DNA from: an uncultured Chloroflexia bacterium
GTDB taxonomy: Bacteria; Chloroflexota; Limnocylindria; Limnocylindrales; CSP1-4
Direction of reading: 5' to 3'
Length of the DNA stretch: 64,000 nt
Assembly (NCBI GenBank): GCA_963824735.1
Contig: CAWGQH010000012.1
Span: 68,992 to 132,991, forward strand
Part shown: piece by piece, positions 23,744 through 32,741 of the stretch
How positions within the stretch are numbered: the stretch's first letter is position 1
Layout: each line of letters starts with the position of its first letter
The notes under the pieces: model-generated
Databases searched by the model: none
What the model was told of the DNA's origin: nothing
The model's input: the letters and a program-made list of their open reading frames with translations, nothing else
Position numbers and translations under genes: made by a program

Positions 23744-25702
23744 GTGGGCAAGAACGTCGCCGTCTTCGTAGACGTCGCGAACATCTTTTATGCGGCCAAG
23801 GCGGCGGGCGTCGACATCGACTACGTCACGCTGCTGCGGTCGGCAAGCGCTGGACGCGATCTCGTCCGGGCATACGCCTATACCGGGCTCGACCCGGACA
23901 ACGAGAACCAGCGCAACTTCCATTCCTTCCTCGCGCGGAACGGCTACAAGGTCGTCAGCAAGGACATCCGCAAGTACGGCGACGGGAAGGTCAAGGCCAA
24001 CCTCGACATCGAGCTGGTCGTCGACATGATGAAGACGGCCCGGAACCTCGATATCGCGATCGTGGTGTCCGGCGACGGCGACTTTGCGCCGGCGATCCGG
24101 GCGGTCCAGGAGATGGGCGTCCGCTGCGAGGTCATCAGCTTCCGCGGCAATACCAGCTCGGACCTCATCGAGGTCGCCGACCTGTTCACCGACATCACCC
24201 AGCTGGCCAAGGTCGAGAAGGGCTCCCGCTCCGGGCGGCGCGTTGCCGAGGACGACCAGGACCTGTCGATGACCGAGGTGCCCGACAAGCAGACCGAGGG
24301 CACCGGCCGTGGCCGTGGCCGCGGTCGGGGCCGGGATCGCGATCGCGAGCCGGCGGTCGCAGCGACCGCGGCGCGCGGGCGAGGGCGGCGCAGGGCCGCT
24401 GACGAAGGCGCCGGGAACGGTTCGGCGCCACTCGTCGCGCTCCCCGGCGAGCGCCTCTCGAAGACGCTCGTCGGCTCGTTGACCGAGGCGGATCTGGCCG
24501 CCGCCGAGGTGTTCACGCTCGACGAGGAGGACCAGGAGCTGGTTCGCGAAGGTCCGGCCGAGGTCGTGGCCGGCGCCGAGGCGGGCGACGGCGAGGCCGA
24601 GGATGCACCCCGGCGCCGCCGCCGGCGGGGCGGCCGCGGTCGTGGCCGTGGCCGCGGGCGATCCGAGGGCGAGTTCGAGGCCGAGCCCACCGGGGCGGCC
24701 CCTGCCACCCCGCCGCGTCAGCCGCGCCCGGAGCGCCCGGAGCGCCCGGAGCCAGTGGCGGACGAGGACGAGGAGGACCTGCCGGTCGCGCCGCGACCGC
24801 GGTCCACGCCGTTCGGGTCCGTCTGGGACTCGCAGCTCGGGACGAGCTCGGTGGCACCGAGCGGACTTACGCCACTCCCCCTCCCCGACGAGGAGTTCGA
24901 CGACGAGCCCGAGATCCCCGAGTACCTCATCGCGGAGCGCAATCGCGGACGCGGTCAAACCGGTACCGGTTCGCGGGGACGCGGTGGCGCGCGCGGCGGT
25001 CGCGCCGCGTACCAGTCGGCGATCGCTCGCGAGCGGTTCGGTCGCGGCGGCGGGGGCGGCATCAACCGCTACCCGGACGTCAGCGAGCGCACCTCGAGGA
25101 GCGGTGGCGGCGGTCCAGGGACCGCGCCGCGTCGCGAGCCGCGCGGCGGACGTGACGACCGAGCGGCGGCCGGGGCTCCTGCGCCCCGACCCGGTTCCGA
25201 GTGGAGCGAGGTCCCGCCTGAGCTCGAAGAGCTGCTGCGGGCCCAGCTCGGCCAGAAAGCTCCGACCGGGGGCGAGGCCGAGACGGTCCCGACCGGCGCG
25301 TCATTCGACGGGGCCGATGCTCCGGTGACGGCCGAGGCGGCCACGACCACGCGGCGACGCACGACGCGCAAGCCCGCTGCGACCTCAGCAGCGGAGGAGG
25401 CTCCGGCCGACGCGGCGCCGCGCAAGCGGAGCACGCGCAAGACGACGGCAGCCGCGACCGCGGAGCCGGCCACGGCCGAGGGTGTCGCGGAGGCCGAGGC
25501 TTCCACGCCGGCCAGGAAGCCGCGCCGAACGAAGGCCGCCACCGCGGAGGCGTCCACCGCGGACGAGGCTCCGAAGCCTCGCCGCAAGACGACGACCAAG
25601 ACCGCGGCGGTCGCTGACGGGGAGGAGGCCGCAGCCAAGGCCACCACTACGCGCAAGCGCACGACCAGGAAGTCGACGACAGCGACCAGCGAGCCGGCCT
25701 GA
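23744..25702 (+). CDS. NYN/LabA-like (PIN-related) nuclease-domain protein with a low-complexity C-terminal tail of about 480 aa
   Basis: N-terminal ~165 aa: KNVAVFVDVANIFYAAK..DIELVVDMM..IAIVVSGDGDFAPAIRAVQEMG..VISF. The rest is R/G/E/A/P/T-rich ([29 protein letters not shown]) and ends in five basic T/R/K repeats. Confidence 0.85.
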   Translation: MGKNVAVFVDVANIFYAAKAAGVDIDYVTLLRSASAGRDLVRAYAYTGLDPDNENQRNFHSFLARNGYKVVSKDIRKYGDGKVKANLDIELVVDMMKTARNLDIAIVVSGDGDFAPAIRAVQEMGVRCEVISFRGNTSSDLIEVADLFTDITQLAKVEKGSRSGRRVAEDDQDLSMTEVPDKQTEGTGRGRGRGRGRDRDREPAVAATAARGRGRRRAADEGAGNGSAPLVALPGERLSKTLVGSLTEADLAAAEVFTLDEEDQELVREGPAEVVAGAEAGDGEAEDAPRRRRRRGGRGRGRGRGRSEGEFEAEPTGAAPATPPRQPRPERPERPEPVADEDEEDLPVAPRPRSTPFGSVWDSQLGTSSVAPSGLTPLPLPDEEFDDEPEIPEYLIAERNRGRGQTGTGSRGRGGARGGRAAYQSAIARERFGRGGGGGINRYPDVSERTSRSGGGGPGTAPRREPRGGRDDRAAAGAPAPRPGSEWSEVPPELEELLRAQLGQKAPTGGEAETVPTGASFDGADAPVTAEAATTTRRRTTRKPAATSAAEEAPADAAPRKRSTRKTTAAATAEPATAEGVAEAEASTPARKPRRTKAATAEASTADEAPKPRRKTTTKTAAVADGEEAAAKATTTRKRTTRKSTTATSEPA

Positions 25703-25727
25703 CCAGGGACCGGCCGTCGAGCGGGGC

Positions 25728-26897
25728 GTGAAGCGCGCGTACACCCGCGGCCAGCCAGCCGCCCTCGAGGCGGTTGGCGCGATGGTCGCGGGCGTGCCGC
25801 CGCACGCGATCCTGCTGGCCGGGCCGGAGGGCGTCGGCAAGACCACGCTCGCGCTCGACCTCGCCGCGGGCCTCCTGTGCGTCGCGACAGATCCCGGCGA
25901 CCGGCCGTGCCGAACCTGCCGGGCGTGCCGGATGGTCGAACACGGGAACCACCCCGACCTCCATTGGCTGCGACCGGAGGGTCCGGGCGGCCAGGTGGTG
26001 ATCGGCGGCCCGGATGCCCGCTTTCGTGGCGTCCGGGACCTGATCTCGGGGCTCGCACTGCTGCCGGTCGAGGGTGGGGCCCGCGTGGCGATCATCGAAC
26101 GCGCAGACCGGATGAACGACGACGCCCAGTCGGCGCTGCTCAAGACCCTGGAGGAACCGCCGCCCGGGGTCACGATCGTGCTCTGCGCGAACGACGAGGA
26201 GCGCCTGCTGCCGACGGTTCGCTCGCGTTGCGCGCGCGTCCGGCTGGGGCCGGTCGGACCGCGGGCGATCGAGGAGATCCTCGCCGAGCACGACCTGGCG
26301 GACGCCCCGGCCGCGGCACGGCTGGGACGCCTGGCCGGCGGCAGGCCCGGGGTGGCGATCGCGTACGCTCGGGCACCGGAGGCCGCGGTGATCCGCGGCG
26401 AGCTCGCGCGGGAGCTGCTCGACCTCGTCGACGCGCGCGCCTCCACACGGCTGGCCGCGGCCCGCGCACTCGTCGCGCGCGCGAGCGACCTGGTGGCGAT
26501 CCTCGACCGGGGAGCGCCCGCTGGGGCCGACACAGAGCCCGCGCCGGAGGCATCTCCGGACCCGTCTCAGGATGCCGCCCCGGAGAGTGCGGCGGACGGC
26601 GGCCCGAAGCGTGCCCCGGCAGCCGAGCGCCGGCGCGGCGCCGCGATGCTCCTGTCGGTCTGGGTCGACGTCGCACGCGACCTTGCGCTGGTCAGTGCCG
26701 GTGAGCGGCTTTCGCTGCACGACCCGGGGCTGCTGGAGGAGCTCGATGACGTCGCCCGCGATGTCCGCGCGAGCGACGTCGCTGCGTTCCTCGAGCGGCT
26801 TGCCCGTGCCGGGGAGCTGCTCGACGTGAACGTGGCGCCCGAGCTCCTGCTCGACTCGCTGGTGCTCGCGTGGCCGGCGCGCACCCGGGCTGCGTGA
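25728..26897 (+). CDS. holB: DNA polymerase III subunit delta prime
   Basis: HAILLAGPEGVGKTTLALDLA, zinc module CRTCRACRMVEHGNHPD, DAQSALLKTLEEPP, TVRSRCARV. The GTG at 25728 is in frame with ORF 25482..26897, whose upstream part overlaps the NYN tail. Confidence 0.8.
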   Translation: MKRAYTRGQPAALEAVGAMVAGVPPHAILLAGPEGVGKTTLALDLAAGLLCVATDPGDRPCRTCRACRMVEHGNHPDLHWLRPEGPGGQVVIGGPDARFRGVRDLISGLALLPVEGGARVAIIERADRMNDDAQSALLKTLEEPPPGVTIVLCANDEERLLPTVRSRCARVRLGPVGPRAIEEILAEHDLADAPAAARLGRLAGGRPGVAIAYARAPEAAVIRGELARELLDLVDARASTRLAAARALVARASDLVAILDRGAPAGADTEPAPEASPDPSQDAAPESAADGGPKRAPAAERRRGAAMLLSVWVDVARDLALVSAGERLSLHDPGLLEELDDVARDVRASDVAAFLERLARAGELLDVNVAPELLLDSLVLAWPARTRAA

Positions 26898-26898
26898 C

Positions 26899-27237
26899 AT
26901 GACCGACGCCGCTGGGGAGCCCTCGAGCGACACCACGGCACGCCTGGACGCGCTCGTCGTTGGCAGGGTCCAGGGCGTCGGCTTCCGCTACTTCGTCATC
27001 CGCGAGGCGCGCCGGCTCGGTCTCGACGGCTGGACCGCGAACGAGGCCGACGGGAGCGTTCGGGTGGTGGCCGACGGGCCGCGCGAGACGCTCGAGGTGC
27101 TGCTGGACGCCCTCCGCGAAGGACCGCCGGCGAGCGTTGTCCAGCGAGTCGTCGTCAACTGGCCACCCGTCTCTGCGGGGAGCTGGTTCCTCGGCCGGGG
27201 CTTCGAGATCCGGAGCGGTTCGCACAGCGGCGACTGA
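26899..27237 (+). CDS. acyP: Acylphosphatase
   Basis: VVGRVQGVGFRYFVIREARRLGLDGWTANEADGSVRVVADG. Confidence 0.85.
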   Translation: MTDAAGEPSSDTTARLDALVVGRVQGVGFRYFVIREARRLGLDGWTANEADGSVRVVADGPRETLEVLLDALREGPPASVVQRVVVNWPPVSAGSWFLGRGFEIRSGSHSGD

Positions 27238-27308
27238 CCCGTTCGGCGGCCGCCCGTGGGACTCACAGGCCATTTCCATCGCCGGCGTCGAACCGCACCA
27301 TCGCGAGC

Positions 27309-27611
27309 GTGGAGCACGAATTTGTGGGGGATCGTTCGCCTGCGGAGCTGTTGCCCGCGCTCTACCGCTCTGTCCTCGACCAGGTCGCTGCCCTCGAGCG
27401 TCGCGGTGAGCGCGTTCAGGCCGCGCAGTTCCGCGAGGAGGCCATCCGCGCGTACTCGCGCTCCTGGGATGCGACCGCCCGCCGCCGCCTCGAGACCATC
27501 CTGCGCCGGGCCGATCGTGCCCTCGCCGACGCACCCGAACCGGCGCAGCCGGAGGCGGTCCAGCCCGCTTCCGAGACACCGTCGACCAGCCCGGTGGCCT
27601 CGACCATCTGA
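27309..27611 (+). CDS. Hypothetical helical protein
   Basis: GTG start. 100 aa with a GC3-rich frame. No motif that I recognise. Confidence 0.45.
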   Translation: MEHEFVGDRSPAELLPALYRSVLDQVAALERRGERVQAAQFREEAIRAYSRSWDATARRRLETILRRADRALADAPEPAQPEAVQPASETPSTSPVASTI

Positions 27612-27649
27612 CCGCCGCCGGCGATCGCGCCCGGCGCTACCCTGTCGGC

Positions 27650-27949
27650 ATGCCCGACACCGTCCGGTCCACGCTGGACCGCGCCCTCGACGCACTCGAC
27701 GGCCTGCAGCAGCTCGGCGAGGACGTCGAGGACGAGTGGACCTACGTCACCGATCTGGGCGCCGCGTGGCGAAGCCGCCTCGAGGAGGTCGTGGCCGCGC
27801 GCGGTGACGACGAGTTGCCGGAGACCGGGTCGGCCGCCGTCGACCGCGCGATCGACGAGGTCGCGCAGATCAGCGATCCGCACCGCGCGATCGACTGGCT
27901 GTCGACGTTCCCCCAGGTCGTGCTCGTTGCCGTCGGGGAGCGGCCGTGA
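27650..27949 (+). CDS. Hypothetical acidic protein
   Basis: 99 aa. Its stop overlaps the next start as GTGA. Confidence 0.5.
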   Translation: MPDTVRSTLDRALDALDGLQQLGEDVEDEWTYVTDLGAAWRSRLEEVVAARGDDELPETGSAAVDRAIDEVAQISDPHRAIDWLSTFPQVVLVAVGERP

Positions 27950-28632
27950 GGTTCCAGGACGCGGCGCCGGACGCGCGCGCGATCGTCTACGCCACGATCC
28001 AGGCCGATCCGTCGGTGGCGCGTGCCGCCGCCCTCCTCGCCGACGCCACCTACGAGCAGCGCCTGCTCGCCCGCGCCGTGATGAACGGCGAGGCCACCGA
28101 CGCCGCTGCGTGGCGGACGATGTTCCCGTCCTTGTTCGACCCGGCTGTCGATCCGGAAGTCCGCGACCGGTCGGAGGCGATCCTCGCCGCCTCGCTGGAC
28201 GTCGCCGATCGCGGCGAGCAGGTCCGCAGCCAGTTCCGCGGCGCCATCGTCGAGTCGCTGACCGCGCTGCTGCTCGAGCGGCGGGCCGGGGCCGCGTCGG
28301 TGCGGCGGGAGCGCCGCCTGCTGTTCGACGGGGTTCGGGCGGAGATCCATCCGTACGACGTGACGGTCGAACGGCCGGGCCGCGCCGAGGCGTACGACTG
28401 CAAGTGGGGCGCGCGCGGGATCGGCCCGGACGTGCTGCATCAGCTCGACGACGCGCGGACGCACGCCAGCGACGAGGACGAGCCGCTGGTGGTCGCGCTG
28501 GTCGTGTTCGACGCGCGTCTGTCCTGTGACGTCAGGCTCGACCGGCAGACGGCCCCGACCGGGGGCATCGGCCTGGTCACGATCGAGACCCTGGACGAGC
28601 TCGCGACGCGACCGGCCCTGCCGCTCCCATGA
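27946..28632 (+). CDS. Hypothetical protein with a PD-(D/E)xK-like signature in the C-terminal half
   Basis: The order ..RGAIVESLTALLLE..HPYDVTVERPGRAEAYDCKWG..PLVVALVVFD fits an E...D...(D/E)xK layout. Coupled to the thioesterase by an ATGA overlap. Confidence 0.55.
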   Translation: MRFQDAAPDARAIVYATIQADPSVARAAALLADATYEQRLLARAVMNGEATDAAAWRTMFPSLFDPAVDPEVRDRSEAILAASLDVADRGEQVRSQFRGAIVESLTALLLERRAGAASVRRERRLLFDGVRAEIHPYDVTVERPGRAEAYDCKWGARGIGPDVLHQLDDARTHASDEDEPLVVALVVFDARLSCDVRLDRQTAPTGGIGLVTIETLDELATRPALPLP

Positions 28633-29390
28633 CCGAGGCGGCAGGTCCGCTCGGCGGTTTCGAGGCCGTCTACCGCGTCCGCTTCGACGAGGCGGGACCG
28701 GACGGCCGTCTGCGCACGTCGGGACTGCTGCGTTACACGCAGGACCTCGCCGCACGGCATTCCGAGGCGCTCGGCTACGACCGCGCCTGGTACGCCGCCC
28801 GCGGCCTGACCTGGCTGGTCCGGGCCGCCGAGATCGAGGTCCTCCGGGCCATTCCCTACGGCGTGGATCTCCTCGGCACGACCAGCGTCGTCGGCTTCCG
28901 TCGCGTGTGGTCCCGCCGCGAGTCGACGTTCTCGCTTGATGGGGAGGGTGTCGCCGTCGTCCGGATCGACTGGGTCCTGCTCGACGAGCGGGGCTCCCCG
29001 ACGCGGATCCCGCCCGAGTTCGAGACGATCTTCCCGAGCGCCGAACCCGGCGCGCCGCTGCAGCTGGCGCGGGTGACGCTCGATCCGGCTCCCGAGGGCG
29101 CCGCGCGGCGAACGATCGACGTCCGGCCGCAGGAGCTGGATCCGCTCGACCACGTGAACAACGCGGTCTACGCGGACTGGTTCGACGAGGCGGTTGTCGG
29201 CAGCCGACCCGGATGCCTCGGAGGTCGCGCGGTCGCTGCCGCGACGGGTCCGTCTCGAGTACGCGCTGGCCGCCGAGCCGGCGGAGTGGCTCGAGAGCGT
29301 GACGTGGCGGGATGGATCGGCTGGGCGTGCCGGATCGTGCGCACTGCCGGCGGAGCCGACCTCCTCCGTGCCCGGATCGAGGCGGGCTAG
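28629..29390 (+). pseudogene. Acyl-ACP thioesterase (double hot-dog fold) with a compensating frameshift pair near 29195 and 29320
   Basis: FEAVYRVRFDEAGPDGRLRTSGLLRYTQD..DPLDHVNNAVYADWFDEAVV. The sequence then follows the frame of ORF 29194.. (AADPDASEVARSLPRRVRLEYALAAEPAEWLESVTWRDGS) and returns to WACRIVRTAGGADLLRARIEAG. The total length is a multiple of 3. Confidence 0.7.
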
Positions 29391-29415
29391 ACTTCGAGGC
29401 TCACGGTGCGTCCTG

Positions 29416-30511
29416 ATGCCGACCCGTCGATCGCTCGCCGGCCGCCTCGCCTCCACCGCCGTGTGCGTGCTGCTCGTGGGCTGCGGCAGTCAGGACGGTG
29501 GTTCGACGCACCGATCGCGGCCGCACCTTCGACCAGCGACGTCGCCGGTCGCGTCCGCCCGTCGGTTGGCGACGCCGCCGCCTCCACCGCGCCGCGCGGC
29601 AGCTCCGCCGACCGGCTGCGGAGCTCGTCGAGTACCCGGTCACGGCCGGCAGCCATCCGCACGATGTCGCGCCCGCCGTCGACGGTGGCGTCTGGTACAC
29701 CGGCCAGCACAACGGCACGCTCGGCCACCTCGACCCACAGACCGGGGAGATCCGCGAGATCGACCTTGGCGCGGGCTCCGCGCCGCACGGCGTGATCGTC
29801 GGTCCGGACGGCGCACCGTGGATCACGGACGGCGGCCTGAACGCGATCGTGCGGGTGGACCCCGCGACCGAGGAAGTCGAGGTGTTCGAGCTGCCGGCCA
29901 GCCATCCGGACGCGAACCTCAATACCGCCGCGTTCGACGGGGACGGCGTCCTCTGGTTCACCGGCCAGTCCGGCATGTATGGCAGGCTCGACCCCGAGGA
30001 GGGCCAGGTCGAAGCGTTCGACGCGCCTCGCGGCCGCGGGCCGTACGGGATCACCGCGACCCCTTCCGGCGACGTCTGGTACGCGTCGCTCGCCGGCAGC
30101 CACATCGCCCGGATCGACCGCGAGACTGGTGAGGCGACAGTCGTTGAACCGCCGACGGCCGGGCAGGGCGCCCGCCGCATCTGGTCCGACTCGAACGGCC
30201 GGCTGTGGGTGGCGGAATGGAACGCCGGCCAGGTCGGCGTCCACGACCCCCCGGACGGTTCGTGGCAGGAGTGGCCGCTCCCCGGCGACGGGGCGCAGGC
30301 CTACGCCGTCTACGTCGACGACCGCGACCGCGTGTGGCTGACCGACTTCACGGCCAATGCCATCGTCCGCTTCGACCCGGAGACCGAGACGTTCGAATCG
30401 TTCGCGTTGCCGGACGCCGACGCGGCGGTGCGTCAGCTGCTCGGTCGACCGGGCGAGGTGTGGGGCGCCGAATCAGGCGCTCGACCGCCTCGTCGTCATC
30501 CGGGAGCGCTG
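29416..30511 (+). pseudogene. Vgb-like (streptogramin B lyase family) beta-propeller lipoprotein, 2-3 frameshifts
   Basis: Lipobox in MPTRRSLAGRLASTAVCVLLVGCGS (frame of ORF 29194..). The propeller part is in ORF 29498.. (VEYPVTAGSHPHDVAPAVDGGVWYTGQHNGTLGHLDP..GPYGITATPSGDVWYASLAG..). The last residues LDRLVVIRER lie in another frame after about 30478. Confidence 0.7.
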
Positions 30512-31643
30512 AACGGTCCCGGCCCGAGCGCGCTTCTCGAGCGAGAGCACGGCCACGAACACGGCGATCATCGCGAGCAGCTGGGCCATGCCGGACACGC
30601 CGGATCCGAGCGGAGCCGTTGCGACCAGGAGCGGGATCGCCGCGAGACGGTAGCGCACCGGCTCGATCCCGAGCTTCAACCGGAAGAGGACGTCGCCCGC
30701 CACGTACAGGGCCGCGCCGCCGCCGAGCAGCACGGCGGTCTCGACGGATGTGCGGATGTCGACCGCCGCGATCGTGAGCGCGAGCCCCGCGGCGAGGATC
30801 ACCACGCCCAGGAGCATCACCACGAAGGCGTAGAAGAACGCACCGATCGCCATCCCGAGCTGCTCCCGGGCCGGCGCAGCCTGCAACACCTCGAGGGCAC
30901 GCTCGTCGTCCCGCGCGAAGTACGTCCACCACAACGCGGACACGAGCAGCAGCCCGAGCACCGCGGCCACGTACATCCGCGGCTTCCAGCTCGACCGCGG
31001 CGAGCCCGATGCCGATCGCCACGATCGACTCGCCGAACGCGACGAGCAGCAGGAGGCCGTGGCGTTCCACGAGGTGTCCGCCACGGAAGGTGAACCCCGA
31101 CTCCGCCAGCCCGCGGTCACGCTGGGTCAGGGACGAGGAGACGAAGGTCAGGACGATCGGGACCAGCCAGAGTGCGTACGCCGCGGCCCCGCCGATCAAC
31201 CCGGCGGCCAGGATCGACGTGGCGCCGACGAAGTTGAGCGGGACGAAGCCGAGCGTGCCTCGCCCGTACGCGCTGACGAACATCCCGCTGTGGACGACGA
31301 TCACGACGAAGAATCCGATGGCGAACGCGATGCCGTCGGTGTCGAATGCGTGCGGCACGGCGAGCGCGCAGACGAGGAAGCCGGCCATGCCGGCGATCAG
31401 CAGCAGGCGGGACGCGGTCGTGACCGGCGGCACCTGGTTGGTGAGCCACACGTAGCCGCTGTACATCCAGAAGAGCACGACGAGGATCAGGACGACCTGG
31501 GCGAGCGTCTCGATCGACAGGCCGTGCTCGAGCATCGACGTCAGCTGGGTCATCGTGAACACGAACACCAGGTCGAAGAAGAGCTCGAGCGTGGTGACGC
31601 CCGGGCCGTCGTCCTCACGGGCGGGTGCCGCTGCGGCCGTCAT
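30473..31643 (-). pseudogene. Low-temperature-requirement A (LtrA)-like membrane protein, one frameshift near 30980
   Basis: MTAAAAPAREDDGPGVTTLELFFDLVFVFTMTQL.. is followed by many TM segments. The C-terminal part MYVAAVLGLLLVSALWWTYFARDDE.. is in ORF 30473..31120. Length is 3n+1. Confidence 0.75.
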
Positions 31644-32703
31644 GCGCCGTCCTCCGCGTGCCAGGCCGCCAGCCGATCGGCCTCCTCGTCGACCGCCTGC
31701 CGGCGTCCGTGTCGGTAGTTCTTCGAACGGCTCCAGCGTCACGCGACCGTCCTCGTACCGCCACGTTCCGGCGACCGCGCCGTCCACCAGGAAGGTCGGG
31801 AAGGAGTGCGGCGTCTTCGTGCTGAAGATGCGTGGCCGGTAGGGCTCGGGCAGGATGCCGGTCCGCCGGGCATGGACCAGCAGGTTGGCGTCCCAGGTCG
31901 GGAGGAACCGGACCGGGGCAGGGACGTCCTCGTCAGGCCGTGGCGCATCGGGCAGGTCGATCAGTTCGCGCCCGTCCGCGTCACGGAACCGGCGAAGATC
32001 GAGCGCCGCGAGCGCCGGCTTCAGGGCGGTTGCCTGGAGCCCGGTCCAACTCGCGACGTCGGCGCGGCTGGCGGGCCCAAACCCCGCGAGGTAGCGCCGG
32101 ACGAGGTGGACGATCGCGGCCGGCTCGTCGATCCCCGGCTCGCCCAGCCACTGTTCGGCCAGGGCGTAGCGGTTCGCCCGGCGCTGCTCCCATGTCCCTG
32201 ACGGCGGCACGCGGACGAGATGGACGAGCTGCGCGAGGCCGTTCCACGCTGTGCGCGGGACGCCTTCCTCGGCGAGCCCCGCGATGAGCTCGTCGTGGCG
32301 CCGGGGGCCGTCGGCGAGGTCCGCACGGACGCGCCGCACAGCGCGGTCCATGTCGACGTCGCGCAACAACGTCGCGGCCGCACGCAGGTACCACTGCTCG
32401 CGACTCGGACGTGTCGCGATGGCGAACGGCCAGTAGTCGGCCGCGGAAACCATGTGGATCGTGGCGCGCATGACGGTCGCCTGGACGACGCGAACGGTCC
32501 TCAAGCGCCCTGGTCAGCGCAGGCCGGTGGAAGTCCTCGAGCCGGCTCCACAGCCCGATGTAGCCCGCCGGGGCGTACTGCGTCTGGAGGCCGGCGACCG
32601 CTTCGAGCGCCTCGGTCAGCGGCAAGCGGGTCCGCTCGAGGAGGAGCTGCCGGGCGAGGAGCGCGCGGTTCAGCCGGCGTTGTGTCAGGACGGGGTCGGG
32701 CAT
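31640..32703 (-). pseudogene. Winged-helix DNA glycosylase-like protein (AlkZ/YcaQ, HTH_42 family), two frameshifts near 32500 and 31700
   Basis: MPDPVLTQRRLNRALLARQLLLERTRLPLTEALEAVAGLQTQYAPAGYIGLWSRL, then TVRVVQATVMRATIHMVSAADYWPF.., then the terminal AVDEEADRLAAWHAEDGA. The stop overlaps the ltrA ATG as ATGA. Length is 3n+2. Confidence 0.75.
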
Positions 32704-32741
32704 TGCCCGCAGCGTTCCCGAGCCGTCGCTCCGCCGTCAAG

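Noticed and set aside
24290-24670. GC-rich short tandem DNA repeats (ggccgtggccgtggccgcggtcgg and similar) as a possible CRISPR-like or VNTR element.
   Set aside because: They lie inside an open reading frame and simply encode RGRGRG runs of the NYN protein tail. There is no repeat-spacer periodicity.
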